From: Narcine bancroftii
Lineage: Eukaryota
NCBI RefSeq assembly: GCF_036971445.1
Contig: NC_091478.1
Location: forward strand, 79,918,001 to 79,982,000
DNA length: 64,000 bases
Reading direction: 5' to 3'
In this document: in pieces, positions 11,674-24,479 of the stretch
How the letters are laid out: each line of letters opens with the position of its first letter
Position numbering within the stretch: position 1 is the first letter of the stretch
Position numbers and translations under genes: made by a program
Notes under the pieces: model-generated
Database searches by the model: none
What the model was told of the DNA's origin: nothing
What the model saw: the letters and a program-made list of their open reading frames with translations, nothing else

Positions 11674-14600
11674 CTGCAAATAAAATTTATAAGCATGTGA
11701 AATTAGCCAAAGTTGAAGTATAATTTTAGTTTGCTATGCTGGGTTGTGGGTAGGGCAGTGATTTAGCAAAGGACAGAAAAAAAAATGCATGCCCATGAAA
11801 AGTTAGATTCACTGGACATATTTACACAAACTGTTTGGGAATTTAAAAAAAAGGGGTCATAAATGTCAAATGAACTTGAAACTATTTTTTAATCTAAATC
11901 AAAAGATTGACTTTTGAAGACCCAATGATTCTACCAAAAGCTATTTGGCTTGCTTGACTTAAAAACACCAAATTTTGGTTTCAAGGAATGATTTGAATTC
12001 ATATCAAATTGGTGGCCTCCTTTTGATGGGTGAACTTCTAAATCAAGCAAGCCAAATAGCTTTTGTTAGACCAGAAGTCCTGACCTCAAACCCAAGTCAA
12101 CTCTGGTTAATTTACACTACTGTTTCTTCAAAAGACAGAAATTTACCACTCAAAAGGCCATCCAGGCCATTGTGCCCTTGTTTTCCCAAATTAGCGCCAG
12201 TACGAAGACCTCCAACCTCGTTTCCAACCTTCTTGCTGGATGTAGGTTCCAGATATCCATCATTACGATCAAATACATTTTCCCCTTAATGTCTTCCAAA
12301 GTTTCTATTTTATAATGACCCTTGCCAAAATGACTTGTCAGCCAAGGGAAATCATTACTTACTACCCTTCAAATTTTCCACCTCATTAAGCCTCAGCCTC
12401 AGGCAATCTGAATAAATCTAAGCCTCAGGATTTTAAAAAAATTTTCATATCTAAAATTCTCCACTTTTCCACTATCCTCAAATTCATGTTCCCTTTGCAG
12501 CACTTTTACATTCAAGTTGTAATATACACTATTCAGAACATTTTTGGCTCCAGCCAAGATTTACACAGTACTTTATTTTTTGCAGGACTTTCCTGTCTTA
12601 ATACTACACGTCATCCATTGAAATGTGAATGTGTAATATGCTCCCTTAGTAACCATTTTACCTGCTTGCCCTGTTGCCTTAAGGGATCCATGAACAGAAC
12701 AAAAAATACACTCCTTTCCAAGCCACATGGTTACTTGAAGTGAATATGCACTTGATAGCGGTGTCAGCTTCAATTCTTTTATGCAAATTTAAATCATACA
12801 TCAGAAAACAAAGATTTGTTCATATTGGGAGTTTGAAAACCGCAAATTATTGAAAACTGAGAGCAATCTTCATGTCATACAGCACAATGTTTGGCCCATA
12901 ATGTTGTGCCAACCAACATAAACCTTCCCCTGATAATCTAATCCTTCACAAGCCCATAATCCATGTGTCTAAGATTCTTTTAAATGTCTCTATTATATCA
13001 GCCTCTACCACAACCCCTGGAATTGTGTTCCAGGTGCCCACCACTCTCAATGTAAATAAAAGCCTAACTCTGGCATCTCCCCTAAACTTTCCTCCACTCA
13101 CTTTAAACAATGTCCCCTGGTATTGGCCATTTTCACCCTAGGAAAAGGTGGTGGCTGTCCATTCTATGACTTATTATCTTCTTCCATTAATGGTGCAAAC
13201 TTGATGAGGTACAATTGTGAGACATTAATCTCCAACTATGCCACAACCGTCTGCTTGCTGCACAATCGACAATACATCACAACAACTTCTAAACCGTAAC
13301 ATCCAATTCTGTCAATATGAAATTCTGTCCCTCAACAGTTAGAGGAGCATTTGTTTCCTTTTGTGGTCAGTGTCCAAATCCTTATTTCTACCCTATTCCA
13401 TGCAAGGCTATTTTGGATTTTGATACATATTTATTAGAATAATCACGTCTAAGAAAGCATTTCTTTAAAAAAAACTTCCTACTTGCAACAACTATATTAC
13501 TTCCATAGTCTCTGCTGTATGAATTTACACTAATCAGTTTAAAAACTAAGGTACTGAACTTAAAGGAGCTGAGTCCGATGCTCAGCATTATGTACAGCAT
13601 AGCACTGCATTGATAATCTAGCATGAAGTATTGGCCGAGGAACTCAAAACAAAATCTGCAAAACAATGGAATATATGTTTTGAAAATCAGCACTTCTGGA
13701 AGTCCTAAGCAACATATTTTAATTTTTTTTTTAATAGATGTTGAAGGAGCAAAAGAGGGAAAAAAAGGTTGGTCATAGGAGTGTATAAGAAATCAAATCA
13801 CACATGTACAACTGAGCAAAATCTTCCAATCCATCATAGCTAATCTGTTAAGCATATTCATTGCATTAGTCCTCTAACCATCTGGAGCAAACCGTTGATA
13901 AATATTGACCTTCGCATCTTCAGCCAAATGCTGGAAAGATACATTTTCAAATTTAGGTCCATTTTTACACTTTCTGACTCAATTCAAAATAAATAGTTTT
14001 TAAAATGAAAAATGGCTAATCATTAATGCACCATTAAAAAGATAGATCCCAAAGATTAATGAAATACTGAGCAAAAGAAAATGCTATTGCAAAATGATAA
14101 AAACAAAATTGGGATCACCTCACAATGATCCATTTATAGATTGTTAACTGATGCTTAACACTGCAAGCAAATATATTTTCACTCTTTCAACAGCACAAGG
14201 TGAAATTCCAAAATATTGATTTTAATTTGTGAAAATTATTCACTCCAAGTACAAAATAAAATTTATTTTGTGGTGTGAAAGTGTACCTTTGGCAGGCTAG
14301 ATTATCTGAGAAATTTCCCAACCAGCCTGATATGTCTTAAGTGCATTTATGATGAGCAACATTTTAGTGATGGAAGTGTTTTCGATCAGAAATTTAAATA
14401 AATCAGGAAAATTAGAGTTTTGATTGATAGAAGATTTTTTTTTCCAAATTTTCAAAACTAATGATAGTTAATTCCTATCTTGGTTCAGTACAGCATTCTC
14501 GTTGTGAATTAGATGTGGACTCAAATCCAATTCTGGAGACATAATTTAGCTTTATATCTAGTACCATGGAAGAATTGGATAGTGAGACAAAGCTCAATCA

Positions 14601-15180
14601 AAACACAAAAGAATCCCTTGCTTCAATTCAGAGCATGTGATAACAAATACAGATCATCTCACTTGTTGCTCATGGAATCTTTGTCCAAACATCATCACCG
14701 ATGTAACAAACGACACAAGGGGAATTTCATTTCAGAAGTTTCTCTTTGGCTTCAAAGTGTGTAAATATATCCTCAGCATTCACACAGTTCTTTATAAATG
14801 CATATTCTCTATTTTATGATGAAAATATTCTTACTAGATGCATTTTGCTACGTGCAGTTGGACGATGAGGTCTTTTTCATGATGTTGTCGCCACTTCCAT
14901 TTCATAAAATTAAACACTTAACAATATTTATCCTCTTTAATGTGTTTGATTTTGAGACTACGATCTGAAGGTCAACTAACTTTGGATCATACACTATGTA
15001 AATGACAACAATCATCCGAAATTAATTTCATTGAATTTTTTAAATAACAAAAATAGGATAAACTATATTGTATTTGCAGAGGGAATAGTTCTGATAGAAT
15101 TTTTTTTGAGTTAAGGTACTGTATAAACACAAAACCCTTTTGTTCTTTTGAATAGTCTGAACCTAGACATTCTTCATTAG

Positions 15181-17772
15181 TGTGACAGATTATGTTGTGG
15201 TTGTTTTGTACATACGATAGGTTTTTGGGAGATAAATTGGGGCAGGTTCTTTTTTTGGAGTAAGTCACATACAAATACTTTAAAACAGATCTTATTTAAA
15301 ATACTTTAGCTCTGCTAATGCTGGACATATTGTCTCCAGAACCTTTGCAGAAGCTTTGGAGAGTGCCCAAGAAACTTCATTAATGGATTGTTGTTTACAA
15401 AAAGGCAACAGATGAAATAACTTGTCGGAGCCGCATTCTGTCTGGAGCGGAAGTTGCGGTTCTAGGAGGGTCATGTGGTTTTGCAAGCAGAGAGTAAAAC
15501 GGGCTTTCTCTCTGTGAGAGAGAGATCAGTTCTGCAGTTTGACAGTCAGCAGCAGTGGCCGCCACTCTTAACCAGGCAGGCAGGCCAGTAGCATTTTTCT
15601 CCTGCACCATGCACGGTCCCAAGGTATGTCACTCCTCGGTTGAGAAGGAGGCCCAAGTGATTGTTGAGGCTGTGCGCCACTGGTGACATTACCTGGCCAG
15701 TAAACGGTTTACCCTGCTGACAGACCAGAGGGCTGTGGCCTTCATGTTTAATACTAAACAGCAAGGTAAAATCAAAAATTGCAAGATTCTTAGGTGGAGG
15801 ATCAAGCTCTCCACCTATAATTATGACACCTTGTACCGACTAGGTAAACTCAACGATCCCCCAGACCCCCTATCCCGGGGGACATGCACCAGCGCGCATC
15901 TTGACTGCCTCCAGACCCTCCACGACAGTCTGTGCCACCCCGGAGTCACAAGGTTATACCACTTCAAGACTTGGAACCTTCCGTACTCCGTTGAGGACGT
16001 CAGGTCCATGACCAGATGCTGCCAGATCTGCGATGAATGTAAGCCGCAGTTCTACTGACCCCAAAAGGCACATCTCATTAAAGTCACACGCCCTTTTGAA
16101 CAGCTCAGTGTTGATTTCAAGGGCCCCCTACCAACCGTAAATAGGAATGCCTACTTCCTGACAGTGGTGAGCAAGTTCCCCTTTGCTATTCTCTGCCCGG
16201 ATATGACCTCAGCGATGGTAATCAAAGCGCTGCACAGTATCTTCACCCTGTTTGGACACGCCAATTATATCCACAGCAATCAGGGGTCCTCGTTCATGAG
16301 TGAGGAACTTCAACAGTACTTCCTGGCCAGAGGCATAGCCACCAGCAGGACCACCAGCTATAACCCCAGGGGTAATAGCCAAGTGAAAAGGGAGAACACC
16401 ACTGTCTGGAAGGCGGTGCTCCTGGCCCTTAGGTCCAAAAACATGCCGGTGTCCCGCTGACAGGATGTTCTGCCTGAAGTGCTCCATGCCATCCGATCGC
16501 TCCTGTGCACCGCAGCTAACACCACCCCACATGAACGCTTGTTTGCTTTCCCTAGGAGATCAGCAAATGGTTCCTCCATTCCTCCTTGGCTGGCAACCCA
16601 TGGAGACATGCGAGGGGCCATAAGATGGATCCACTGGTGGAAGCAGTACTCCTCATACATGCCAACCCTCAATGCGCGTTTGTGAGGTACCCCGATGGTC
16701 ACGAGGTCGCTGTGCCTATCTGAGACCTGGTGAGGGCCAGGGATCCTGAAACTGTCCTGCCTGCAACCGACCTTCCCACCGAGCAGACCACCCCACATGG
16801 GAGCGCAATACTGGAGGCTGAGCCACCCGGCTCTCCTCTCCAGGAGTCGGTCCTCCGGGAGACATCTAACTCCCCCCCCTTCCTCCGGGAGCCTTCAATC
16901 ATCACCCTGACCCAGAGCACGGACACGCTTGCCCACCATCGGTCCTCCAGAAGGAGGAAGTTGCAGGTTTGGCTAAACCTCTAGTTAGATATAAAAAAAA
17001 AACTGTTGTGTCAAAAAGAGCAGGGGAGGGGTTTCTGTTAAAAAGAGGGGGTGAATATAATGGTATGGATTGTATGTACTCATTGGCTGGTAAAGGCACG
17101 GGCTGGCCCGCCTCTTGATGACACTCTCCCCTGGACTCCTCCCCTGTGGCCTAGGCCATAAAGGTCAAGCCACCTCTCCCTTCCCTAGCTTGGACTCGGG
17201 CCAGTTTAAGTCTTATTTACAATAAAGCCTTTCGTTCCCCTCAGTCTTTGTCCTTTTGGGGAAACTGGTAGTGCCCAACAGTGGTGACCTGAAAGAAAGA
17301 GGTTATTATCTGGAGAACCCTGAGGGGGCAAGTTTCTTTGGCAAGACACTGGAGTGGGTGATTATAAAGGAATCAGTTGTGGGAGTCCAGTGAACAACAA
17401 ATCTCTGTGAAACCCGAAAGAACCTTCCTGAGCGGTAACCATTTACCTTTCAAACACCAAAGCCTGGTGAACTTTATAAATGTTAAATTCTGTACACAGT
17501 ATAAGAATTGTCTGCAGCCAGTAAACTTGGAGGAGTGAGAAGTGAGATAGTGGACTGTGAACCAAATAACTTTTCTGAACTTATATACACATTACATACA
17601 TGTGCGCTTAGAATTAGAAGGGGGTTAAGTTAGGTTAGTTAATAGTGATAAGTTAAAGTGTGATTCTGTTTTCATGTTTAAAGATAATTAAAAGCAACTT
17701 TTGTTTAAGTAACTATTTGTCTTGGTGAATATCTATTGTTGCTGGGTTTTGGGGTCCTCTAGGCTCGTAACA
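15181..17772 (+). mobile_element. 5' LTR (family A) of a Gypsy element, interrupted by a nested Gypsy fragment
   Basis: Starts TGTGACAG (approximate), with homology to 25280-25600 up to 15555. Resumes at 17281 and ends ...ctcgtaaCA at 17772. Followed by a degenerate tRNA-Pro PBS (tcggggctcatc vs TGGGGGCTCGTCC). Confidence 0.8.
15556..17280 (+). mobile_element. Nested, 5'-truncated Ty3/Gypsy element: RNase H, integrase, PPT, 3' LTR (17056-17280)
   Basis: RNase H (AATLNQAGRPVAFF..SVEKEAQ), H2C2 (LHDSLCHPG..CQICDECKP), integrase core (VDFKGP..IHSNQGSSF..YNPRGNSQVKREN) with stops/frameshifts. PPT aaaagagggggtgaa at 17041-17055; LTR has AATAAA and ends CA. Confidence 0.9.
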
Positions 17773-17901
17773 TTTTTCGGGGCTCATCAATTGAAAATTG
17801 GTGTTTTGGGATCATAAACTTCTGGAGTTTTGGTGATTTATTTGTTAATTGTTTTTTTTTAAAAAGCTAATTTAAAGCTTGTGTGTGGAAAAACAGCAGC
17901 A

Positions 17902-20900
17902 ATGGATGTTGATACATTTTTGTCACAACCATCACCTGCAGAGCAAAAGACGAACTGATGGTTATTTCTAAGGCATTACAGCTGACAGAAGTCAAGCATT
18001 GGATGAGGAAACTACAAATACAGAGGATTATAGTGAAATATTATGTAGGTGAGGGAAAATTTGTTGAGAAAGACTTAGATAATTTTCCGGAGGATAGATC
18101 TTTTGAGTTGTAATTGGAAGTGGAGAAATAGAGAGTGGAAGAAGAAAGATAGAAACAGAGGGTGTTGGAAGAAAGAGAGAAAGAGAACTTTGAGATGCAG
18201 AGACAACAATGAGGCTAAAAAACAAAGAGAGGAAACTAAAACAGAAGGCAGATGAAGCTGAAAAAAGGAGGAAACATGAGTTAGAGGGAGCTGAAAATGG
18301 AGGGAGGATGAGGAAAGACAAAGAAAATATGACTTGGAAAAAATTGAAAGGGACAGATGGTTTCAATTAGAGAAGTTAAAAATTAAGATGGAAGAAAGAA
18401 AGAGAATTGAGGCTGTAACTCTTGGGGAGAGGTTTTTGGCTAGTAGAGAGGTAAATCAGTTCCTCCTTTTAATGAGGGAGATATAGATACACATTTTCAG
18501 CTTTTTGAGAAGGCTGCTGAGAGCTCAAGATGGCCAAAAGAAAAAATGGCCTCTTATGCGCCAAAGTGTGTTGAAGGGAAAAGTACAAATTGCATCCTCT
18601 GGCTTGACTATGGAACAAGTGGCAAGTTATGATACTGTTAGACAAGCAGTATTGCAAGCTTATGAGTTGGTTCCAGAAGCATGTAGACAAAAATTTAGGA
18701 GATTGGTGAAAACATGGAACCAATCTTATGTGGACTTTGCTCTGGGAAAATCTGTATTTTTGACCTTTGGTGTACCTCTAAAAGAATAAATAATGATTTT
18801 GTCAGATTGAGAGAATTGATATTAATTGAGGAAATTAAAAGGTGTATTCCATATATAACCATATAACCACTTACGGCACAGAACAGGCCAGTTCGGCCCT
18901 ACTAGTCCATGCTGTAACAAATCCCCACCCTCCTAGTCCCACTGACCAGCACCCGGTCCATACCCCTCCCATCCTCTCCTATCCATGTAACTATCCAGTC
19001 TTTCCTTAAATGTAACCAATGATCCCACCTCAACCACGTCTGTCGGAAGCTCATTCCACATCCCTACTACCCTGATGTTCCCCTTATAATTTTCCCCCTT
19101 CAATCTTAAACCATGCCCTCTAGTTTGAATCTCCCCCACTCTTAATTGTAAAAGCCTATCCACGTTTACTTTGTCTGTCCCTTTTAAAATCTTAAACACC
19201 TCTATCAAGTCCCCTCTCAATCTTCTTTGCTCCAGAGAAAAAAGCCCCAGTCTGCACAACCTTTCCCTGTAACTCAAACCTTGAAATCCTGTCAACATTA
19301 AATGAGCTTTATAAAATGAGATTAAATTATACCTGGATGAGAGAGATGTGGGGATGAGGCAGGAAATGGCTAAATTAGCGAATGAATTCACCCTAATTCA
19401 CAAAAATACATTTCAGAATAATAAAGCCTGTTCAGAAGGTTAATGTGGAGCAGACTAGTAAGCCTGAAATTAATCTGAGGAGAATGTTAAGGGAAAAGAT
19501 GAAGGTAAGGAGGGAAAGGACAAAACATCTGGATTTGTATGCCATTTTTGTAAGAAACCTGGTCATTTTATTGTGAATTGTTTAGTGTTGCAAAAGAGAC
19601 GAGAAAAAGAGGTTTTACTGGAAGAAAGCATTCAGACAGTTGAATTCCAAACCTGGGGATATCATGGATGTTTTCAAACCTTTTGAGTCAGAGGAGGGAG
19701 AATCACAGTTTCCAGTTAAATTAATGAGAGATACTGGGGCTGCTCAGTTACTGTTGCTGGAAAATGTTTTAACTCTTGATCAGAAGACTGATACAGGAGA
19801 GACAACTTTGATTAATGGTGTTGGAGGTGAGGTAGAGTCAATATCTCTTTACAACATAGTGCTGAATTCAGAATTAGTTAAAAGACCTATTTTCGTATGA
19901 GTAATTTCAAAGTTACCCATGCAAGGAGGCTTATACTTATTAAGGAATGATTTGGCAGAGGATAAAGTTGGGTCAGTTTTGAGATTAAGAAATCAGCCTA
20001 GTAAGGATGACAGAGGATTGTGAGATAAATCCTGCAGGTGCTGTAACAGGGTCTTTCTCTAAGAAATTGATGAGAGCAGAGGAAGATCCAGTTGATAGAG
20101 ACTTGCCCAGTGCTTCTGAAATAGTCTTGAAAGAGCAGGTAAATTGTGAGAGTAAGGATTTCTCTTTGTCAATAGTTAATTCAACAAGAGGACAAATGCA
20201 GATCTTACTGACTTGAGGGACAAAGCAGTAAGTAAACAGGAAATTACAGAAATGGCTTGTGGATAGGATTTGGAGGGTGAATTGTTAATGAAACCTTATT
20301 TAGAGGAAAAAGGTAGTGGAAAACAATCTTTATCAGAGGTGTTAGTTGTTGACAGGGTTGAGAAAGTTATGGATCATAAGATTATGGAAACAGAATCTTG
20401 TGAGGGTAACCTTAAAGAAATCATGGTTCCTGTGTGCCTGCCTAACTCAGAAATTTTGGAAAATTTGGAGGAAAGTTTAGGCCATCTTAAGTCACATGAA
20501 CAGATGCAGTTGAAAGAATTAATTTTGAAATATACAAATTTGTTTCCTGATGTGCCAAAAAGGGCATCAGCGATTTATCATGATGTGGTTGTGGGAGAAG
20601 AAAGTCCCATAAAACAACATCCATATAGAATAAACATTCAGAACAGTAAAATCATGGATCAGGAGGTGGAATACATGTTGCAAAATATTATTAGACCTCC
20701 AAACTCAGATTGGAGTTCTCCTTGTTTTCTGGTTCCTAAACCAGATGCAATTGTTAGGTTCTGTACAGATTACAGGAAGCTTAATTCAGTAACTAAAACA
20801 GATGCTTATCCTATTCTGAGGATAGATGACTTTATTGATATAATTGGGAGAGCTAACTTTCTTAATGTTGGATTTGTTGAAAGGTTACTGGAGTGTGCCT

Positions 20901-21367
20901 CTAACTGAAAGAGGAAAGAATATTTCAGCTTTTGTAACTCCATCCGGTTTATACAAGTATAATGTGTTACCTTTTGGCATGAAAAATGCCCCTGCAGCAT
21001 TCCAAAGGATGATTAGTTCAGTAATCCAAGGGTTAACACATACAGATGCTTATATTATGACTTGGTCAAAATGGTGAGACAGGGGAAAAACGTCTAAGGG
21101 AATTATTGTTTGCAAGATTATCCAAAGCAAACTTAGCTGTTAATTTAGCAAAAAGTCAATTTGCAAATGGCACTTTAACATATTTGGGTCATGTAGTTGG
21201 TCATGACAAAGTTACACCTATTCAAGCTAAGGTGAATGTAATTTCTGAGTTTCCTATTCCCAATGGAAAGAAAGCAGTGAGAAGGCAGGTTATTATAGGA
21301 AATTTTGGAGAAATTTTGCTGAGGTTGCTCTTCCTTTAACCAATCTTTTGAAGGGGACAAATGTGTA
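17902..21367 (+). pseudogene. Degraded gag-pol of a Gmr1-like (SCAN-type capsid) Gypsy retrotransposon
   Basis: Gag WPLMRQSVLKGK..AVLQAYELVPEACRQKFR; zinc knuckle CHFCKKPGHFIVNC at ~19540-19580; protease RDTGA at ~19726; RT PIKQHPYR..WSSP..RFCTDYRKLN..DLLKGYW..LPFGMKNAPAAFQR. Many stops and frameshifts. Confidence 0.9.
18851..19299 (-). mobile_element. CR1 LINE 3' end inserted into the Gypsy gag
   Basis: LSYRERLCRLGLFSLEQRRLRGDLIEVFKI (CR1 ORF2 C-terminus) and an 8-bp tail repeat. Gag reads EEIKRCIP before and NEIKLYLDER after the insert. Confidence 0.9.
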
Positions 21368-21457
21368 TGCGGGAGCGGGGGAGCGGGAGCGGGGGAGCGG
21401 GAGCGGGAGCGGGGGAGCGGGAGCGGGAGCGGGGGAGCGGGAGCGGGAGCGGGGGAG
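21368..21457. repeat. G-rich simple repeat (GCGGGA / GCGGGGGA units) abutting an assembly gap
   Basis: Directly visible. Confidence 0.9.
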
Positions 21458-21586
21458 NNNNNNNNNNNNNNNNNNNNNNNNNNNNNNNNNNNNNNNNNNN
21501 NNNNNNNNNNNNNNNNNNNNNNNNNNNNNNNNNNNNNNNNNNNNNNNNNNNNNNNNNNNNNNNNNNNNNNNNNNNNNNNNNNNNNN
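21458..21586. other. Assembly gap (129 N)
   Basis: Run of n. Confidence 1.
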
Positions 21587-22202
21587 CAGTCAGCAGCAGC
21601 AGCTGGGACTGGAACAGGACAAGCTGGCAAGCTTGTGGAAAACCCCATTTGGAAGACAGGAGATGGGTTGTGAGTGCTTAGTTCAACCTGGTCAAAGTCC
21701 TTGTGGTTCATGCAAGAGGAGAGGACTGGCTGCCTAATGTTTCACTTGAAATAAGAGAAACAAAAAGGAACTCTGTGGTCATCATCTGGAGAACCTGAGG
21801 GGGAAAGTTTCTTCGGCAAGACACTGATGTAGCTGATTAAAAAGGAATCTGTGGTGGGTGTCCAGTGAACATTTCAGAGCGGTAACCATTTACCTTTCAA
21901 ACACCAAAGCCTGGTGAAATTCATAAATGTTAAATTCTGTGCACAGTATAAGAATTGCCTGCAACCAGTAAACTTGAAGGAGTAAGAAATGAGATTGGAC
22001 TGTGAAATAAAGAACTTTTCTAAACTTATATATACATTACATACATGTACGCTTAGTTAATAGTTAAGTTAAAAGTGATATATTAAAGTGTGATTCTGTT
22101 TTCATGTTTAAAGATAATTAAAAGCAACTTTTGCTTAAGGAACCATTTGTCTTGGTGAATATCTATTGCTGCTGGGTTTTGGGGTCCTCTGGGCTTGTAA
22201 CA
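21587..22202 (+). mobile_element. LTR family A, 3' portion (putative 3' LTR of the Gmr1-like element)
   Basis: Begins cagtcagcagcag as at 15543, aligns with 17281-17772, ends ...gggcttgtaaCA. Confidence 0.85.
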
Positions 22203-22844
22203 GAGTTCCTTTCAGGTTTTATACACTAAATTTTACAAAATCTTTGAAATTTGACAACCTTGTACATCTCCATCATTGTACAATTAACTGCATTTACTTC
22301 AATACTTTCGTCACAGATAAATTAGTGAAATTAAAGTTATACACATGTACTTGGAACACTACACAAAATCTAAAAATCAGATGTTAAAGTTTTCCATTCA
22401 TCGAAATTAACAAAACCTTAGTGTTAAATTGGCACTTTTCACCAATATGGGCATGGAAGACTAAATGGCCCACTTCTGCGTCAGAGTGAATAAAGTTATA
22501 GGACTCCATTTATTAATTATGTTCTGGCATGAATTTGACCAATAAATTCAAGAAGTAGTGGATACACACCAAAATGTTACAAATCATTTTCTTAGAATTT
22601 TCAAGCCTAAAGAACAATGTAGTTTATCATTACGTGTAGGAAAAAAAAACTTTTTCTGCAAGATGAAAAAAAAACTGGACAGAAAGATTGCAATTGACCT
22701 CAACTTCCTGCTTTAAGAAATTACAGGAAGCAGACAAACCAAAGGGAACAGCTTGTTCTCTGAAGATTAAAAAAAATGACAAAGAACAGAGGTGGTTATG
22801 ACAAGATGTGAGATAAGGACATAGAACGCATGCACATATTTGAA

Positions 22845-23490
22845 CCTGAAAAATTTTAAAAATATGGTTTTAATGAATCAAATTTATGTTTTAGATGTGG
22901 TGATACGGTTGGAACTTTTTTTCATGCTGTTTGGTCATGTATACATATACAATATTTTTGGAAGAAAATTCAATCTTTTTAGAATATCTGTACAAGATTA
23001 AAATAGTTTTAGATCCAACAGTATTTTTATTGGATAGTTTGCAACCTCTTAAAGATGGGATTAAACAAGTTTCAGCTTGCTTTTGTATATTTTTGTATAT
23101 CTGTAGCGAAAAAATGTATTGCTAGTATGTGGAAAGATACAAATATGATTGATATTAATAGATGGCATAATGAGATCAAATATTGTTTAATAATGGAAAA
23201 AATTATGTATGTTTTGCATGATAATTATAATTTTTTATTAATAAGTGGCTGTTATATTTGTAATATTTACATTTCAATTTACATTGATTAGATTTTAATA
23301 TGTATATTTAACTTTTTTTATATCCTCTTTTTTTATGGCTCTCCTTAGGAGAGTTGGCTGAAGGGGTGGGGGGGGGGTTTCTCTCTTTCTTCTTTTCTTT
23401 TTTTTATATCTATAAAAAATGTTCATGTTTAATTGCTGTATATGTCATATATTATTTGTTTTTTGAACAAATAAATAAAGTTAAAAAAAA
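22845..23490 (+). mobile_element. L1/Tx1-type LINE 3' end (ORF2 CCHC region, 3'UTR, polyA)
   Basis: CFRCGDTVGTFFHAVWSC zinc knuckle, AKKCIASMWK motif, AATAAA plus A-tail. Inverse-homologous to 45845-46198. Confidence 0.85.
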
Positions 23491-24479
23491 ACTAATGCTG
23501 TAGACATTCATTTTCTTCTTTCATTGCCATGACTTCTACTTTAATCCACAGCAAAATGCTGCTTAAAGAAATGGGATAAGTTTAATGCAAAGACACATTA
23601 TGAGCAATTGAAACAGCAGAAAACTTTTGAATTTGCAACGAGAAGTCAAGATATAGCAATATATCAAAGATCAGGTATACCTCAAAAATCAGATGCCAAA
23701 CTGGAGAAACTACAATACTCAACTGCATACCAAAACAGCATGGAATGGAGAGAACCAAGTAATCTCACAATAATAGGTCAGATCAAAGATCTGTCAACCA
23801 TGCCCATCTATTCTGGAAGCAATTTTTGACACTTCAGTTCAGCAAATGAAGCAGGCATTATCTGTATGCGGAGACCAAGACAATATTTGGGCACGAGCTG
23901 ATAAGTGCAAAGCAAATTTCATACCACACAAGTCCAAAATAATGACCAACAAGTCAAACTATTGATCCTTGACGATCAGTGGCATTGCCAACATCAAGTC
24001 CTCTACCAATAACATCCTGGAGGGGATGAGGAGATTACAGTTTACCACAAATCGATTCACCCATATAAATACACTGGTAGCAAAAATGAGTGGCTGAAAT
24101 TTCAGTGGAAAGTGACTCATTTCCTGATACCCCAAATTTATCTGACCATCATGTAACACAAATGGGAAGTGATGGGGTTATCAGGATGAGTGGAAGTTCA
24201 ATCACTGACCAGCTAAATTAACTCTGCTTGACTGGTGCCCTGCATTGCATTTCTTCTGCCAATGTACAAAGTGGCAAGTAGTATGCACAAATTACAGCCT
24301 GCGCTACTCCAGTTGAATCAACATCCACCAGCAAGGAGCACAAGGGTTTAAGGCACTTGGGAACAAAATTATCCTCACTTTCTGTCCAAGTCACAGACTA
24401 TTCTGACATAGAAATAAATCAACATTCCTTGCCACTTAACCATGGTGTCAACACAATCTCGTGTTTTACCTCTGAAAAC

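Noticed and set aside
13530-13935. Acceptor-like sites at ~13656 and ~13932 as extra exons
   Set aside because: No good donor or homology, and early stops in the relevant frames.
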